Source of the DNA: Octopus vulgaris
Taxonomy: Eukaryota
Assembly (NCBI GenBank): GCA_951406725.2
Contig: OX597825.1
Span: 14,260,001 to 14,324,000 of the forward strand
DNA: 64,000 bases
Direction: 5' to 3'
Positions 1-13,029 of the stretch are shown here, piece by piece (position 1 is the stretch's first letter; each line of letters opens with the position of its first letter). The translations under genes and the position numbers were made by a program. The notes under the pieces are model-generated. The model was not told where the DNA came from. It saw only the letters and a list, made by a program, of their open reading frames with translations, and did not search any database.

Positions 1-772
1 GATTCGGTATCATATTTGGGCTGCATCAATATCAAATAGCTTTTGTCGAATCTGCATATTTCAATATAGTTTTTAGAACGTGGTATCGTTAATTTACCTT
101 AACTTTATGTGATAATAAACAAACACTTTCTCTAGTTACCTATATTTTAGACCTATGTAATTCTTTCATCCATAAGTCACCTTTTCAACCATTATTTGAG
201 ATATTTATGTTGACACGTACAGAAAATATGTATTGTCTCAAAATCCCATGAGAATATCATGTATTAGCTGACTTAGAAGATGACCTTATATCTGATACAC
301 AAAGCAGACTTTACAAACAGAAATACTGATTTCCTACACATATTAAACCCTGGCTTAACAATGAAATACAATGAAACACAATACACTCGGCTATCAATAT
401 AAAGTATTCTATTTCAGTCTCTGCTAGAGAAAATACAATACGTGTCGCTACAAAACACTCGAATATCATTGTTTTGTTATTCCCAATTCGCTCCACACGA
501 CACATCACCGTATTCAATTTATCCAGCCATTTCTCTCTAGAACGGCAACCATATATTATTGATTTCATTTACGCGTTCATTTTGCTTTGAAATATATATA
601 AAGAAAATTTCAGTCTCGTTATCAAACTGATTAATTGCTACCGTACATGGATCTGTTTTAACTCTTCTTCTTTTTCTTCTTAAGGAACCGCTGTCAGCAA
701 CACAAGCAAGAGCAAATTTCATTTTTGGTGTCCGATGACACCCATGACAAGTAGGTGCAAATATTACCAAAA

Positions 773-1256
<484 letters not shown>

Positions 1257-1491
1257 CATCGTAGTGTGGGCTAGCTAGCCCATCGTCAACAACATTCTTG
1301 TGTAGGAAAAAGAATTCTACGAAAGTATAGAGTAACCGACCGCTTCGATTAAAATAAAATTGTTTTTATTAGAATTGAACATAAACCCAAACACACACAC
1401 ACGTAATGTTCTTCTTGTGAGAGATATTTGTATTCGAAATGCTTATACAAGTATATTTATGGTCATACTTATCGGTATGTGATAATATTGA

Positions 1492-1556
1492 CCACTGTGT
1501 GTGCTTTATCGATTTGCAAAGACACCAGCATCAATACAATTCATCTTCAGCAGCCG
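1492..1556 (-). ncRNA. Degenerate type I hammerhead-like motif with extended helix II
   Basis: Minus: ggctg CTGAAGA t GA a TTGTA tt GATGC tg GTGTC tt TGCAA a TC GATA ... cagtgg. Helix II pairs well; GAAA is GATA and stem III is decayed. Confidence 0.35.
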
Positions 1557-1761
1557 AATATTTGTGAAAGATGCTCTATGAACATCTGCCTTTCTGAAAA
1601 ATGCCCGCTCATGAGAATGAAGCATTAAGAAGTAAATTGCGAATGGCTATAAATAAGAATATTTAGACTATATAGGATTACTTCCAAGTATGTCTTGATT
1701 TGGCGTACACTTATGAATCTAGATACACACACATATGTATATATGTATGTTCATATATAAT

Positions 1762-2174
1762 TATTTATTGCTCACAAGGGGCTAAACATAGAGGGTACAA
1801 ACAAGGACAGACAAACGGATTAAGTCGATTATATCGACCCCAGTGCGTAACTGGTACTTGTTTAATCGACCCCGAAAGGATGAAAAGCAAAAGTCGACCT
1901 CAATGGAATTTGAACTCAGAACGTAGCAGCAGACGAAATACCTATTTCTTTATTAACCACAACGGGCTAAACACAAAGAGGACAAACAAGGACAGACAAA
2001 CGGATTAAGTCGATTATATCGACCCCAGTGCGTAACTGGTACTTTATTTATCGACCCCGAAAGGATGGAAGGCAAAGTCGACCTCGGCAGAATTTGAACT
2101 CAGAACGTAACGGCAGACGAAATACAGCTAAGCAAATCGCCCGGCCTGCTAACATTTCTGCCAGTTCGCTGCCT
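1762..2174 (-). mobile_element. SINE-A (tRNA-derived), full copy plus partial tandem second unit
   Basis: Minus: A-box-like TGGCAGAAATGTTAG, B-box GAGTTCAAATTC, central GCCTTCCATCCTTTCGGGGTCGAT motif; >10 copies in window. Confidence 0.9.
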
Positions 2175-2832
2175 TTATATGTATGTACGTATATATATAT
2201 GTCATCATGTGTGTTGGTATGACGGGCATATGTATGCGTTTACTGTGTTCACGGTGTCGTCTATAGACTTTAATAAATTTCGAAAACCCGGACAAGGTCT
2301 GGCCGAAGTTCTCATGTGATCATGCAGCGATACATTTGATGAACCTTATATGTAGCCATATGAACCATATGGTTATGACTTCAGTACTTTTAATCTTCAT
2401 TTTTTCCATCAAGGATGACATAATTTAAATAACTACAGTCATATTTTGTACTGTTAATGAATATGTACATTGTACAGAAGGTTAATTTTGTAGAAAATGT
2501 AATAAATATAGGAAGGGTAATAATTATCCTTATATTATTATATGCGATGACAATATTCATCTGTCAATACATAAAACATATCCTCTTCGAGAATTTGTTG
2601 CTGTTCTCTCCAATACGCTATGAATGCAGCAGATTTCCATACTTTCTCATCGGCATGGCTGCATGGTAGGAAGTTTGCTTGTAAACCATATGGTTCCGGA
2701 TTCAGTCCTTCTACACGGAACCTTGTATAAATGTCTTGTACTATAACCCCGAACCGGTGAAAGACTTGTGAGTGGAATTGGTAAATGGAAACTGAACGCT
2801 GTCGCGTATATATAGGTGTGTGTATACATTGT

Positions 2833-3016
2833 TGTTTGTTTCTTCTGAAGCCACGCCTGGCTCATAGGGTCGGTTTCCCGGTTTCCTTGGTGTATAGGTT
2901 CCCCACGTGGACGGGACGCCGGTCCGTCAAGGTCCCGTACAGTGGGAACCTTATATGCCATTAAAACCGAGAAATCGGCCCTTATGAGCCAGATATGGCT
3001 CGAGAAGGAACAAACA
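2833..3016. mobile_element. Two SINE 3' tails (V-domain-like) fused back to back as an imperfect palindrome
   Basis: Both arms match the tail of the SINE at 51157-51432 (GTCCCGTCC...GGAAACCGG...CTTATGAGCCA..TGGCTCG). Confidence 0.7.
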
Positions 3017-3218
3017 TATATTCTATCATATTCTATCCGAACTCTAGAATTACATGTTTTCCTTAATATTTTGCACCTTCGCTAATGTATTTAACCTCGA
3101 GATGCTAGTATTCATAAAATAGTAGTTATCTAAGAATTTTCAATTGCTAAGCATTAACGTAACAAATGTGGAATATGTAAAACGTTCCAGTCGTTTAGTC
3201 AATAAAAGATTATGTAAA

Positions 3219-3457
3219 GGCGGCGAGGTGGCAGAAACGTTAGCACGCCGGACGAAATGCGTAGCCGTATTTCGTCTGCCGCTACGTTCTGAGTTCAAAT
3301 TCCGCCGAGGTCGTCTTTGCCTTTCATCCTTTCGGGGTCGATTAAATAAAGTACCATTTACGCACTGGGGTCGATATAATCAACTTAATCCGTTTGTCTG
3401 TCCTTGTTTGTCCTCTCCGTGTTTAGCCCCTTGTGGGTAGTAAAGAAATAGGTATTT
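3219..3457 (+). mobile_element. SINE-A full copy
   Basis: GGCGGCGAGGTGGCAGAAACGTTAG...GAGTTCAAATTCC...GTAAAGAAATAGGTATTT. Confidence 0.92.
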
Positions 3458-3867
3458 AAACGCACGTATAGATATACGAACAATTGATAAATAGAAATAT
3501 ATGTCTCTAAATATGAGATCCACATATGCAACGAAATACATGCTTGTCCACAAACATAGATACGCAGCTATATACCTATCTATATAAACTCTTGACTTTT
3601 CCAACAGAAACTGGAATAATCGTGTTCGCTATTATACATAGTTCAAAGAGAATGTTTCAAGAATATAGTCTGTGTCTGTATCTGTTTATTTTAGCTGACG
3701 TTTTCGTCGATTTTTTAGAAAAAAAGTTCGATTGTTACGTGCTAGTGTCTCCAACTGCAATTCGTAATTTGTTTGTTGGCGATCTCCGCTATACTAAAAA
3801 TACTTAAGCTGCTGAGAAACAGATGCATTTAGTAAAAACATTTTCAGCTGTCATAGAAATGGCATTT

Positions 3868-3967
3868 NNNNNNNNNNNNNNNNNNNNNNNNNNNNNNNNN
3901 NNNNNNNNNNNNNNNNNNNNNNNNNNNNNNNNNNNNNNNNNNNNNNNNNNNNNNNNNNNNNNNNNNN
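3868..3967. other. Assembly gap (100 N)
   Basis: Run of n. Confidence 1.
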
Positions 3968-4404
3968 AATAAAATGATTTTCGAACAGAATAGATTGTAT
4001 TTATCTCACGGGTATTGCTGTTTACGTAACTGATTTCCAGAGAATGAAACATAATCTTTATAACAAAGATACGTGTGGGCGGTTACTGAAAAGGGAAACT
4101 ATGTAAATAGGAAAGAAAAACATGCTTGCTTCTTCCTCTCCCCATCTCTCTGTTTATATATAAACATACATAGTTTAATGTACACAGTATATAGCTATGA
4201 GCAACTAAAAGTTTCATACATTGGAGGAATTATCTATGCAGGTTAAGGTATCCAATACGCTTAAGGTATCCAATAATTTGTAGGTCCTGAGCCCATGGCT
4301 TATTCAATCTACTAATCAGAAGAGTAGAGCAAACAAATCACGAGAAAAAACGAGTGCAAAGTGGATGCAATACCTTAGAAAAATCCATAATATATGTTAA
4401 AGTA

Positions 4405-4995
4405 TTACTCATTCTTATTTACTCATTTACTTGTTTCAGTCATTTGACTGCGGCCATGCTGGAACACCACCTTTAGTCGAGCAAATCGACCCCAGGACTT
4501 TATACTGTGTAAGCCTAGTACCTATTCTATCGTACTCTTTTGCCGAAACGCTAAGTTACGGGGACGTAAACACACCATCATCAGTTCTCAAGCGATGTTG
4601 GGGGACAAACACAGACACACAAGCATATACACATACATATATACATATATATATATATACATATTTATATATAGTTAATCCAAACAAGAAAGCACAAAAA
4701 AACACAACAACTGAGGATGTGGAACAAATATAGTATTATTGGACGCTCAGGAAAGAAGGAGGGTTTAACGTTTCGAGCGAAGCTCTTCGTCGGAAACATA
4801 GGAGAAGGGAAGACAGAAGAAAAAAATCGCCAACGGTACACACGCAGTTACATATAAATTTATACAGCAGGCTTCTGTCAGTTTCCGTCTACCAAATACA
4901 CTCACAAGGCTTTGGTCGACCCGAGGCTATAGTAGAAGACACTTGCCCAAGGTTCCATGCAGTGGGACTGAACCCGGAACCATGTAGTTCGTAAG
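4405..4995 (-). mobile_element. SINE-B (tRNA-derived, internal microsatellite), interrupted by an HHR module
   Basis: Matches full copies at 60685-61080 and 49990-50415. Confidence 0.88.
4672..4852 (-). mobile_element. HHR module family A (U4C core), HHR at 4763-4797
   Basis: Minus: GTTT CCGACGA a GAGC ttc GCTC GAAA CG TT AAAC; second copy at 34556-34705; sits in the TA tract of a SINE-B. Confidence 0.7.
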
Positions 4996-5250
4996 GAAGC
5001 CCGTCGTATGTAGGTATATATATGTATGTGTGGGTATATGTTTGTGCGTCTGTGTTTGTCCCCCTACCGTCGCTTGACAACCGATGCTGGTGTGTTTACG
5101 TCCCTGTAACTTAGCGGTTCGGCAAAAGATACCGATAGAATGAGTACTAGGCTTACAAAAAATAAGTCTTGCGGGTAGATTTGCTCGACTAAAGGCAGTG
5201 CTCCAGAATGGCCGCAGTCAAATGACTGAAACAATACAAGACTAAAAGAG
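4996..5250 (+). mobile_element. SINE-B 3' half
   Basis: cttgacaaccgatgctggtg...ggccgcagtcaaatgactgaaac. Confidence 0.85.
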
Positions 5251-6000
5251 TATATCACCATTGAATGATTCTCTATATGTTCATTGTTTGTCTGGCTTGT
5301 AGCGTGTATAGTATCACTGCTTATAGTGCCTTCATGAGGTAAGCTTAGCAGTGAAGCCTATTATTGTCTATATAGAAGTGTATGTAATTTTATTTAGTAG
5401 AAATCGTTTGCCAATATCTAGAAGAATAGAGTTTAGAAGATATTATTGAACGTTGGTGTACAACAGATTCATAGAATGTTTGTAGAAGAGAGCACCTTGG
5501 CGTAGGTGACAACAGTGCTGTCTGATAAAAAAAAAAAAACACTTACTATCATGTCTGTTTGAGGCAGAATGAGAACCCATATCTACAACCTATTCTAGAG
5601 TTTTTACAATCTAAAGAATCTGCTGACTATATTCACTAAACGAAGCTAAAACGTTTTGAATTGTTTTTAGGGTAAAAACGAAGGAAGTGTAGAGAGAATG
5701 ACATACATTTTCATATTGATTATCTACAAGCAACAAAATTATTTCACTTATATCTATTTTTGTTGTCTTTTCACGCGTCGAAAATAATTTAAAGCAAAGT
5801 CATTTATCATATATATATTTACATCGCTGACATTCAAATTATGAACTGATGAGAGATCGATGTTCTTATTATCAAATAACAGTACAACGAACGAATTGAT
5901 TTGCAACAAATATCCTCAAAACGAAATCTAAAGTGATAATGCAATAAAAATGAATTAAAATTATTAAAGGCTGTTTTATTGGTTTCCACCTAAAAACAAA

Positions 6001-6394
6001 TCTCTATATATAAAACAGAAGTTGTGTGTGTGTGTGTGGCAGGTTTGGTAGCATTCAACTAACACTATCTCCTCCGAGACCCTGCGGCGCAAGTTGACCA
6101 AAATTGAGAGTATGATAGAAGAAGGTTCGCCCTACATTCCGTTGAAGAGGAAATTCAAATCGGACCATGTTAAGACCACAAATTATTTACATCAAAAAGG
6201 TGCATTTTTCTATGAAAATCTCTATTTTTTACGATGTTTTTAACTGCTGTGTTGCCATTTTTCGGTGTATTTCAACCAAAAAAGTGTTCACTTAAAGAGA
6301 ATAACAAGCTACATAATGCAAAAGTTTTACTTTTCGAAAATTCCCATTCTAAAGGGTCGAAACAAACCCGAGCAACACCGGGCGATACTGCTAG
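6001..6394 (+). mobile_element. Non-autonomous Helitron
   Basis: 5' TC (a|TCTCTATATATAAAA), 3' hairpin CCCG-agcaacac-CGGG 8 nt before terminal CTAG|t; inserted between A and T with no TSD. Confidence 0.85.
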
Positions 6395-7675
6395 TATATG
6401 ATATTTTGAGAACAGGATAAAATTGAAATATTACTTAACAAATAGGAATTTTGGTATAAACGAAATGATTAAGCGAGAAATAATCTGCCCCACGAGGCTA
6501 GTAAAAGTATGGTTACACTGACTTCGATATTGAATTCTGAAATAACAACGAGGGTAATTTATTTGAAGCAGGACTGCAGTCATCTGTATGCCTCAGAATA
6601 TACAGCTTAGTCATTCGCCATTCGAAGTGAAAATTTCTCCAACCTCCATTTTACCATTTTTCTGTTCAGTGTTTATCACATGTCTATCAACCATACACTG
6701 CAATCGAATAAATTTAATACATAGCACTCCCAGTAATGTTTGCATTTGTGCCAATGCAAAAATCAACATTTACAATTACAACCTGGTTCTTCACATAAAA
6801 TATATTTCCACCAGATTTCAGTAGCAAATATTTTGGTTTTCTTTTTTTTTTTTTTTAAAGTCTGGCAATTTTTCATGAATTTCTGATACGTAATTTTGGA
6901 TATAATGCTTCATTTGATATTTAAATAAACATAAGTTAGAATCTGAATGTAAAACGACAGAGCAAATTTTGTTTTTATTAACGTTATTTGTTAATGCTCG
7001 ATGGTTGCAATGCCAAACATTGAAATGCATCACAATGGTAATTGCAGTTATTGCAGAAAGAAATGTAGACGCTTTGTCATTTCTGTTACTAACAAATGGA
7101 AGTTTAGCATGTGTTCTTTAAGCAAAGGTCAGGCGATTATAGTCAGAGAGGAAATTTCATCATTCGACTATCTCTCGTTCATTTTATAACGTTTATTTCA
7201 TTCATTTTCGAATTTTTTTTTTCCCCTCAGACAACATTTAAGCTAAATAATGGCCTAGGAGTGGTACAATAATTGAATTGAAATCTGTAGATTTTATGCC
7301 AAATGTACTGAATTTTGAAATATAATTTTCATTAACACGCTGGCTCTAATTTTCACCATTCTTCCAATCCCGCCTCCTTTCAAAGCATTATTCACATAAC
7401 GTTTCTTTCTTCGCTTTACGTCGTCCCCCCAAAAACATATACACAAATTTAATCATTTTAACCACAAATTCTTTGACCTTACTTGTCCTCAACACAACAG
7501 AAAAAAATTATTTATTGCTCTTTTTGTCGATCTCGACTAAAGGCAAGAGGTTATATTGTACACTCGCCGTGAGAATTAAGGCATGGAATTCTACTAAAGC
7601 TTGTTCTGTAACAGAGACATGGCGAGGTTGAGTTCATTGCAAACTGTGAGATTTGAACAATGCATTTATGCAAAT

Positions 7676-7693
7676 TACACACACACACACACA

Positions 7694-7757
<64 letters not shown>

Positions 7758-8060
7758 AATATCTAGAGAGTGAGAGATATACATGTATACATGATATATA
7801 ATAGAATATACAATATAGATAATATATATACATATGTAAATACATACACATGTACACACATACATACATGCATGTATGCATATATACATACATATGTACA
7901 TACACACATAGAAAACCATTGACTTCAGTGATAAACACACCGAATCACCGAACTATAAAAAAACATGGCTTCTTTAATTTCCTTTGGCATTATTGATTTT
8001 TATATAAAGGCACAAAGCCAAAATTAAATGTGTCTGTGCAGGCAAAATTGTATGTGTACT

Positions 8061-8096
<36 letters not shown>

Positions 8097-8413
8097 GACA
8101 TATACAAAATATATGTATGTACATAAATCTATATGTATGCATGTGTGTGTATACATGTATGTATATAAATATTTATGTATATATATATATATTGCACACA
8201 CACACATATATTCATATAAATCTATCGATTTGTCATTTTGTCTGCGTGTCAGTCTGTCTGTGTATATATCTATCTCTCTTAGCTCTCTCTCTCTCTATCT
8301 AATTATCTATCTATCTGTCTGTCTATCTCTCTCTACCAATCGTTCTAGCTATCTATTTATATACATAAGCTATATATATATATATAGAGATAGATAGATA
8401 GATAGATAGATAG

Positions 8414-8444
<31 letters not shown>

Positions 8445-8505
8445 AATATGTATATAGATATATACATATATATATACATATATATATATATATAAATGCA
8501 TGTAT

Positions 8506-8551
<46 letters not shown>

Positions 8552-8580
8552 ACACACACACACAATCACACACGCATATA
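7676..8580. repeat. Compound (CA)n/(TA)n/(TAGA)n microsatellite field
   Basis: Direct inspection. Confidence 0.9.
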
Positions 8581-9000
8581 TCCATGGGGGAAAGAGAAAA
8601 TTTCTAACGTTTATTTATGCGTGTATATGGATATGATTGTCTTAGAATGCCATTATATTGAGAAATTTCGTGTGCGCGCGTCTGAGTGTGAACGTGTGTC
8701 TGTCTGTGAGCGCTTGTGAGGCGGTGAGTGTGACGGCGTGCCTCTGTTGGCGAGGGTAAACATCGATGAGTGATAAAAAAATAAACATAGGGAATTAAAA
8801 TTATTTTTATGGTGCATTGCGCACTCAGAGTGTATTTCTTTTTAATAAAAAAATATAAGAGCAGTGGATATAACACTGAACATTTATGCATATAGTAAGT
8901 ATATGAAAACTAGAAGCTTACGACCTTACTATGTCTGGTGTATTGTATCGAAAGCATAGCTTTCAAGTGATACACCAAAAAGTCACACTATATGCATGCA

Positions 9001-9058
<58 letters not shown>

Positions 9059-9062
9059 TATC

Positions 9063-9094
<32 letters not shown>

Positions 9095-9104
9095 TGTATG
9101 TATA

Positions 9105-9148
<44 letters not shown>

Positions 9149-9152
9149 CACA

Positions 9153-9700
9153 AAACACATGCTCCCACATTCAGTCCCACTGCGTGGCAACTTGGGCAAG
9201 GGAACTCAACTATAGCCTCGGGCCGACCAAAGCCTTGTGAGTGGATTTGGTAGACGGAAACTCGAAAGAAGCCCGTCGTATATATGTATACATATATGTA
9301 TTTATATGTGCCAAATTTTGGCATTGTAAGCTACACCAATGCTAGAACGGGACGACACTGCATAGTGCCAAATATCCCAGCAATGCCATCACGCTTCAGG
9401 ACCAGCTTCTGCAACAGCCTGGGTTTCAAGGGCCCACAGCTTTTTAATATTCTCCCAAAGTGTCTGAGGAACTTGCACAAAGTAGATGTAGCGGTTTTTA
9501 AATCAAAGCTGGACATCTTCCTGTCAAGAGTCCCAGATGAACCTACCTCACGGCAAGAGGTGCAAATGAGAGTAGTTGTATCAAACTCCATTCTTCACCA
9601 AGTGCCACATATTAGACGAGGTTCGTCGCAATAACAGTGTAGCACAAAACGGCGGTGCATCAGCATGGCCGCAGTTCTGAGCTGAAACTAGAAAAAAAAA

Positions 9701-9771
<71 letters not shown>

Positions 9772-9997
9772 TGTATGTATGTATGTATGTATGTTTGTGT
9801 GTCTGTGTTTGTCCCCCCAACATCGCTTGACAATCGATGCATGCTTTTCTACGTCCCCGTAAAATTAGCGCTTCGGCAAAAGACACCGATAGAATAAGTA
9901 CTAGGCTTACAAAGAATAAGTCCTGGAGTAAATTTGCTCGACCAAAGACGGTGCTCCAGCATGGCCGCTGTCAAATGACTGAAACTGGTAAAAGAGT
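9153..9997 (+). mobile_element. SINE-B split by a LINE 3' fragment inserted in its internal microsatellite
   Basis: 5' half 9153-9280, 3' half 9790-9997. Confidence 0.85.
9306..9701 (+). mobile_element. CR1/L2-group LINE, 5'-truncated (ORF2 C-terminus plus 3' UTR)
   Basis: VPNFGI...GFKGPQLFNILP...FKSKLDIFLSRVPDEP; A-rich tail; homologous copy at 59248-59735. Confidence 0.8.
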
Positions 9998-10128
9998 ATA
10001 TAATAGCTACTCTCCAATTTACGTGCGTCTGAGTTCCGATGTTTCAATACATTTCTTTGTCATGCGGGTAAGTTGTCTTCATCATTGTGTGTGTGTGTAT
10101 ATATATATATATACACAGAAACATATAT

Positions 10129-10361
10129 ACGAGCTGGCAGAAACGTTTAGCATGCCGGGTGAAATGCGTGGGCGTATTTCGTCTGTCGTTACGTTCTGAG
10201 TTCAAATTCCGCCGAGGTCGACTTTGCCTTTCATCCTTTCGGCGTCGATCAAATAAGTACCAGTTATGCACTGGAGTCGATATAATCGACTTAATCCGTT
10301 TGTCTGACTATGTTTGTCCCTTCTGTGTTTAGCCCCTTGTGGGTAGTAAAGAAATAGGTAT
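10129..10361 (+). mobile_element. SINE-A copy
   Basis: Same head, B-box and tail as 3219-3457. Confidence 0.9.
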
Positions 10362-10999
10362 GTTTTCTTATTCAATTTGGCTCATATCTTGTCATTCGCT
10401 TCAATCTCATATGTCAGAAATTCCCTATGCGCGCAAGTGTGCGTGTGTAAGTGAGTGTGTGTAAGCGAATGTATATGTGTGGGTGTGTGCCTGTTGTGTG
10501 CATTAACCCGAAGTATTAATCCCCAACGATGTTATCTCTTAAGGTTAATCCTCTTTCTACTAATTCTTTCTTGTCTCATTCTGTAAGAGGAGTTTCAACT
10601 CTTTATAGTTTATTTCTTTAAATAACTGTCTGATGGGGCCTTCATTCTTGCTATTTCCTTTATAGACATAATCTTAATTATTTTAAATCTTGTGTTGATT
10701 GATTTATGGTTTTCAGGCCATTTTTCACGTAAAATTTTGTTTTCCATTTCTGTTGTAACTCCTAAACGTATAAATGTTTGCTTGAGGCTTGCTAGGTCGC
10801 AGATGGCTTGATGCCTTATTGGGAGTGATTTCTAATAAAAGTAGTGAGTCACCTGCTGGGTTCTGAAAAAAAAAAAATTATAATAATAGTAATAATAATA
10901 ATGATAATCTCAAATTGGAAATAAAATGAAAGAAAATGGCGCTGCGTTAAAGAATGAAATCTGTTTCAATGTTTACGTGTGCTTTTAATTTGTGTCAGC

Positions 11000-11335
11000 T
11001 GGTGATCTCCACTATCTGAAACACTGCATCGCTAATGTAGTTTTAGAATCTGTTGCCATTATGGTTACAGCGAAAAATATATTTAGGATAATTGAGTAAA
11101 TGGAAACATCTTCAGGGTGGGTGGGGACTAAATTAAAAATATATATATAAAACTTTCGGCTATTAACTGTATAGGTTAATGTAAAAGAGCTGTCTGAAAT
11201 AGTGTAATGATCAAAGTAGCAACCTTTTGTATTAAGGCAATGTAAATTAAGCGACGAGGCACCAAGTGTTGATGAAAATAATGTAGCTACATTTAAAGAA
11301 ATGCTGTATAATATTGTTTGTGACCATCTAGGAAC
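11000..11335 (+). pseudogene. Possible highly decayed pogo/Tigger transposase (CENP-B HTH region)
   Basis: NVVLESVAIMVTAKNIFRIIE*METSSGWV and KLSDEAPSVDENNVATFKEML resemble the Tigger ...AK...F.AS.GW and GEA.SAD motifs; weak. Confidence 0.3.
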
Positions 11336-13029
11336 TCAAGTTACTTTATCTTTGGTATTTAGCGTAAGGACATCTTGAAAGATCAATTAGAATCTGTTGA
11401 GATTGGATGGAAATGATTTCACAAAATGGTTTCTGGCTTAAGACGTTAGTAAAAGATGGATTGACTGACAGACCAGTCTGTTTGTGTTATAAAATTTAGT
11501 ATTCTTAATATGTTATAGAGAATTAGATTCTAGGCACTTTCATAAAGTATCGGAGTAAGACGTAACTGCTTCAGATTAACTCTCCACTGTATCCATGGCT
11601 CAAATTTTATACATAGCATTAAACACAAGAAGAAAATACAACAATATTTTCATTAAAAATGTATTATCTCCTGCCTACATGATAATCATAACTACTTTGG
11701 ATTCCACATTTGCTCCATTGGGATATCTTTCAGCCAAGCAATCTTATAAAGATAGATCTCTTTTTTTCTCCTTATTTCTTTTGTAACATTTTCAACCTCA
11801 GAGGCTTTTCTTTTAAGGGTCTTAAAATCGCTTTTGAATCTTCAACCCTGAATCTACAGTTCGAAGTTAGCGTATGATAAATGGTGTAGATTCGATATGT
11901 GCAGAATTAGGTGTTGCATCAACTATGTGCAAATAGCATTTTATCTTTGATCTGTCAAAGAGTGTGTTTTAAAGGGAATTCGATGAAAAGAAAATTATAT
12001 TCATTTTATGATCCACCTGCCGGTAAATTTTCCTGCAGGCTTTCTCCTTTGCCTCGATTCCTTTGAACTTCCCGACAAAGGTTTCAGAACGGAATTTCAA
12101 CCAGCAAATTTCAACCAGAGAAAGGACGCGGCTATTAAGAACATCGACAATCAAATAAGTATTAAAAATACTACCCACATTTTCACCAAATATAAAGAAT
12201 CACTGTTATTTGTGCAAAATATTTTCTGAGATAGCCTTCTCTGTTACGAGCTGTTTATGCAGAAAATGCTCCACGTATTTGTTTAAACTGATTCTTAGTT
12301 CGTGCTGCGTTCAGTAACCATAAAAATATATTGACTCGTAACTAGGAATATGATCAGAAAATTACGTCACATAATCTTTTCTATATTCCTACGCCAGAAA
12401 ACCCGTTTGTTGTCAAAGTTGATGCATTAATTCCATTTTGTCAAAGAGCTGACTTGGTAAATAAGTCTTGTTTCTTAATATTCCACACTGTCTAAATGCT
12501 ATCACACATTTGTCGTCGAGGTTCCAGGGTTTAAAGATTAAATTTTAACATTGAATACACGAGTTCTCCTGTCACACGCACACAGACATACACACACACA
12601 GGGACACAGGTACTCGCGCGCAAAAACAATCACCGGTCAAGACTCAAGATTACGCATTTCAAGTTGAGCAGAATTTACGCGGAGGTTATATAAGATTGTA
12701 ATTTTGAACATCAACCTGAAAATAATTTACAACCACAAGACTCGTCTGTGGTCAAGCGAATTAAGTCAAAGGCCAGCCACATATTCACAAAGTACCAAAA
12801 TATATGTCTCTATTAAATCGATTATCAATATATTTATGCATCTATATTTGTATACACATACGTACACCCCCCACACACACATACATGCGCACACGAGGCT
12901 TTTACTGAATATAGTGCAAAACCGTGTGCATAAATGTTGGATTAACTGAGATTGTACGTTGAATATACACATTTACAAACGTTGATAGATTAAATTAGTT
13001 TCCTGTTTTTCTTTGGTGCATTCTAATAA

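Noticed and set aside
311-770. Minus-strand ORFs of 85 and 77 aa
   Set aside because: No recognisable domain; only a vague resemblance to transposase relics
5845-5880. CTGATGA followed by a small hairpin
   Set aside because: No GAAA, stem III or stem I partner
11969-12229. Overlapping short ORFs with a possible acceptor ttttcctgcag
   Set aside because: No recognisable homology or matching donor; cannot support an exon
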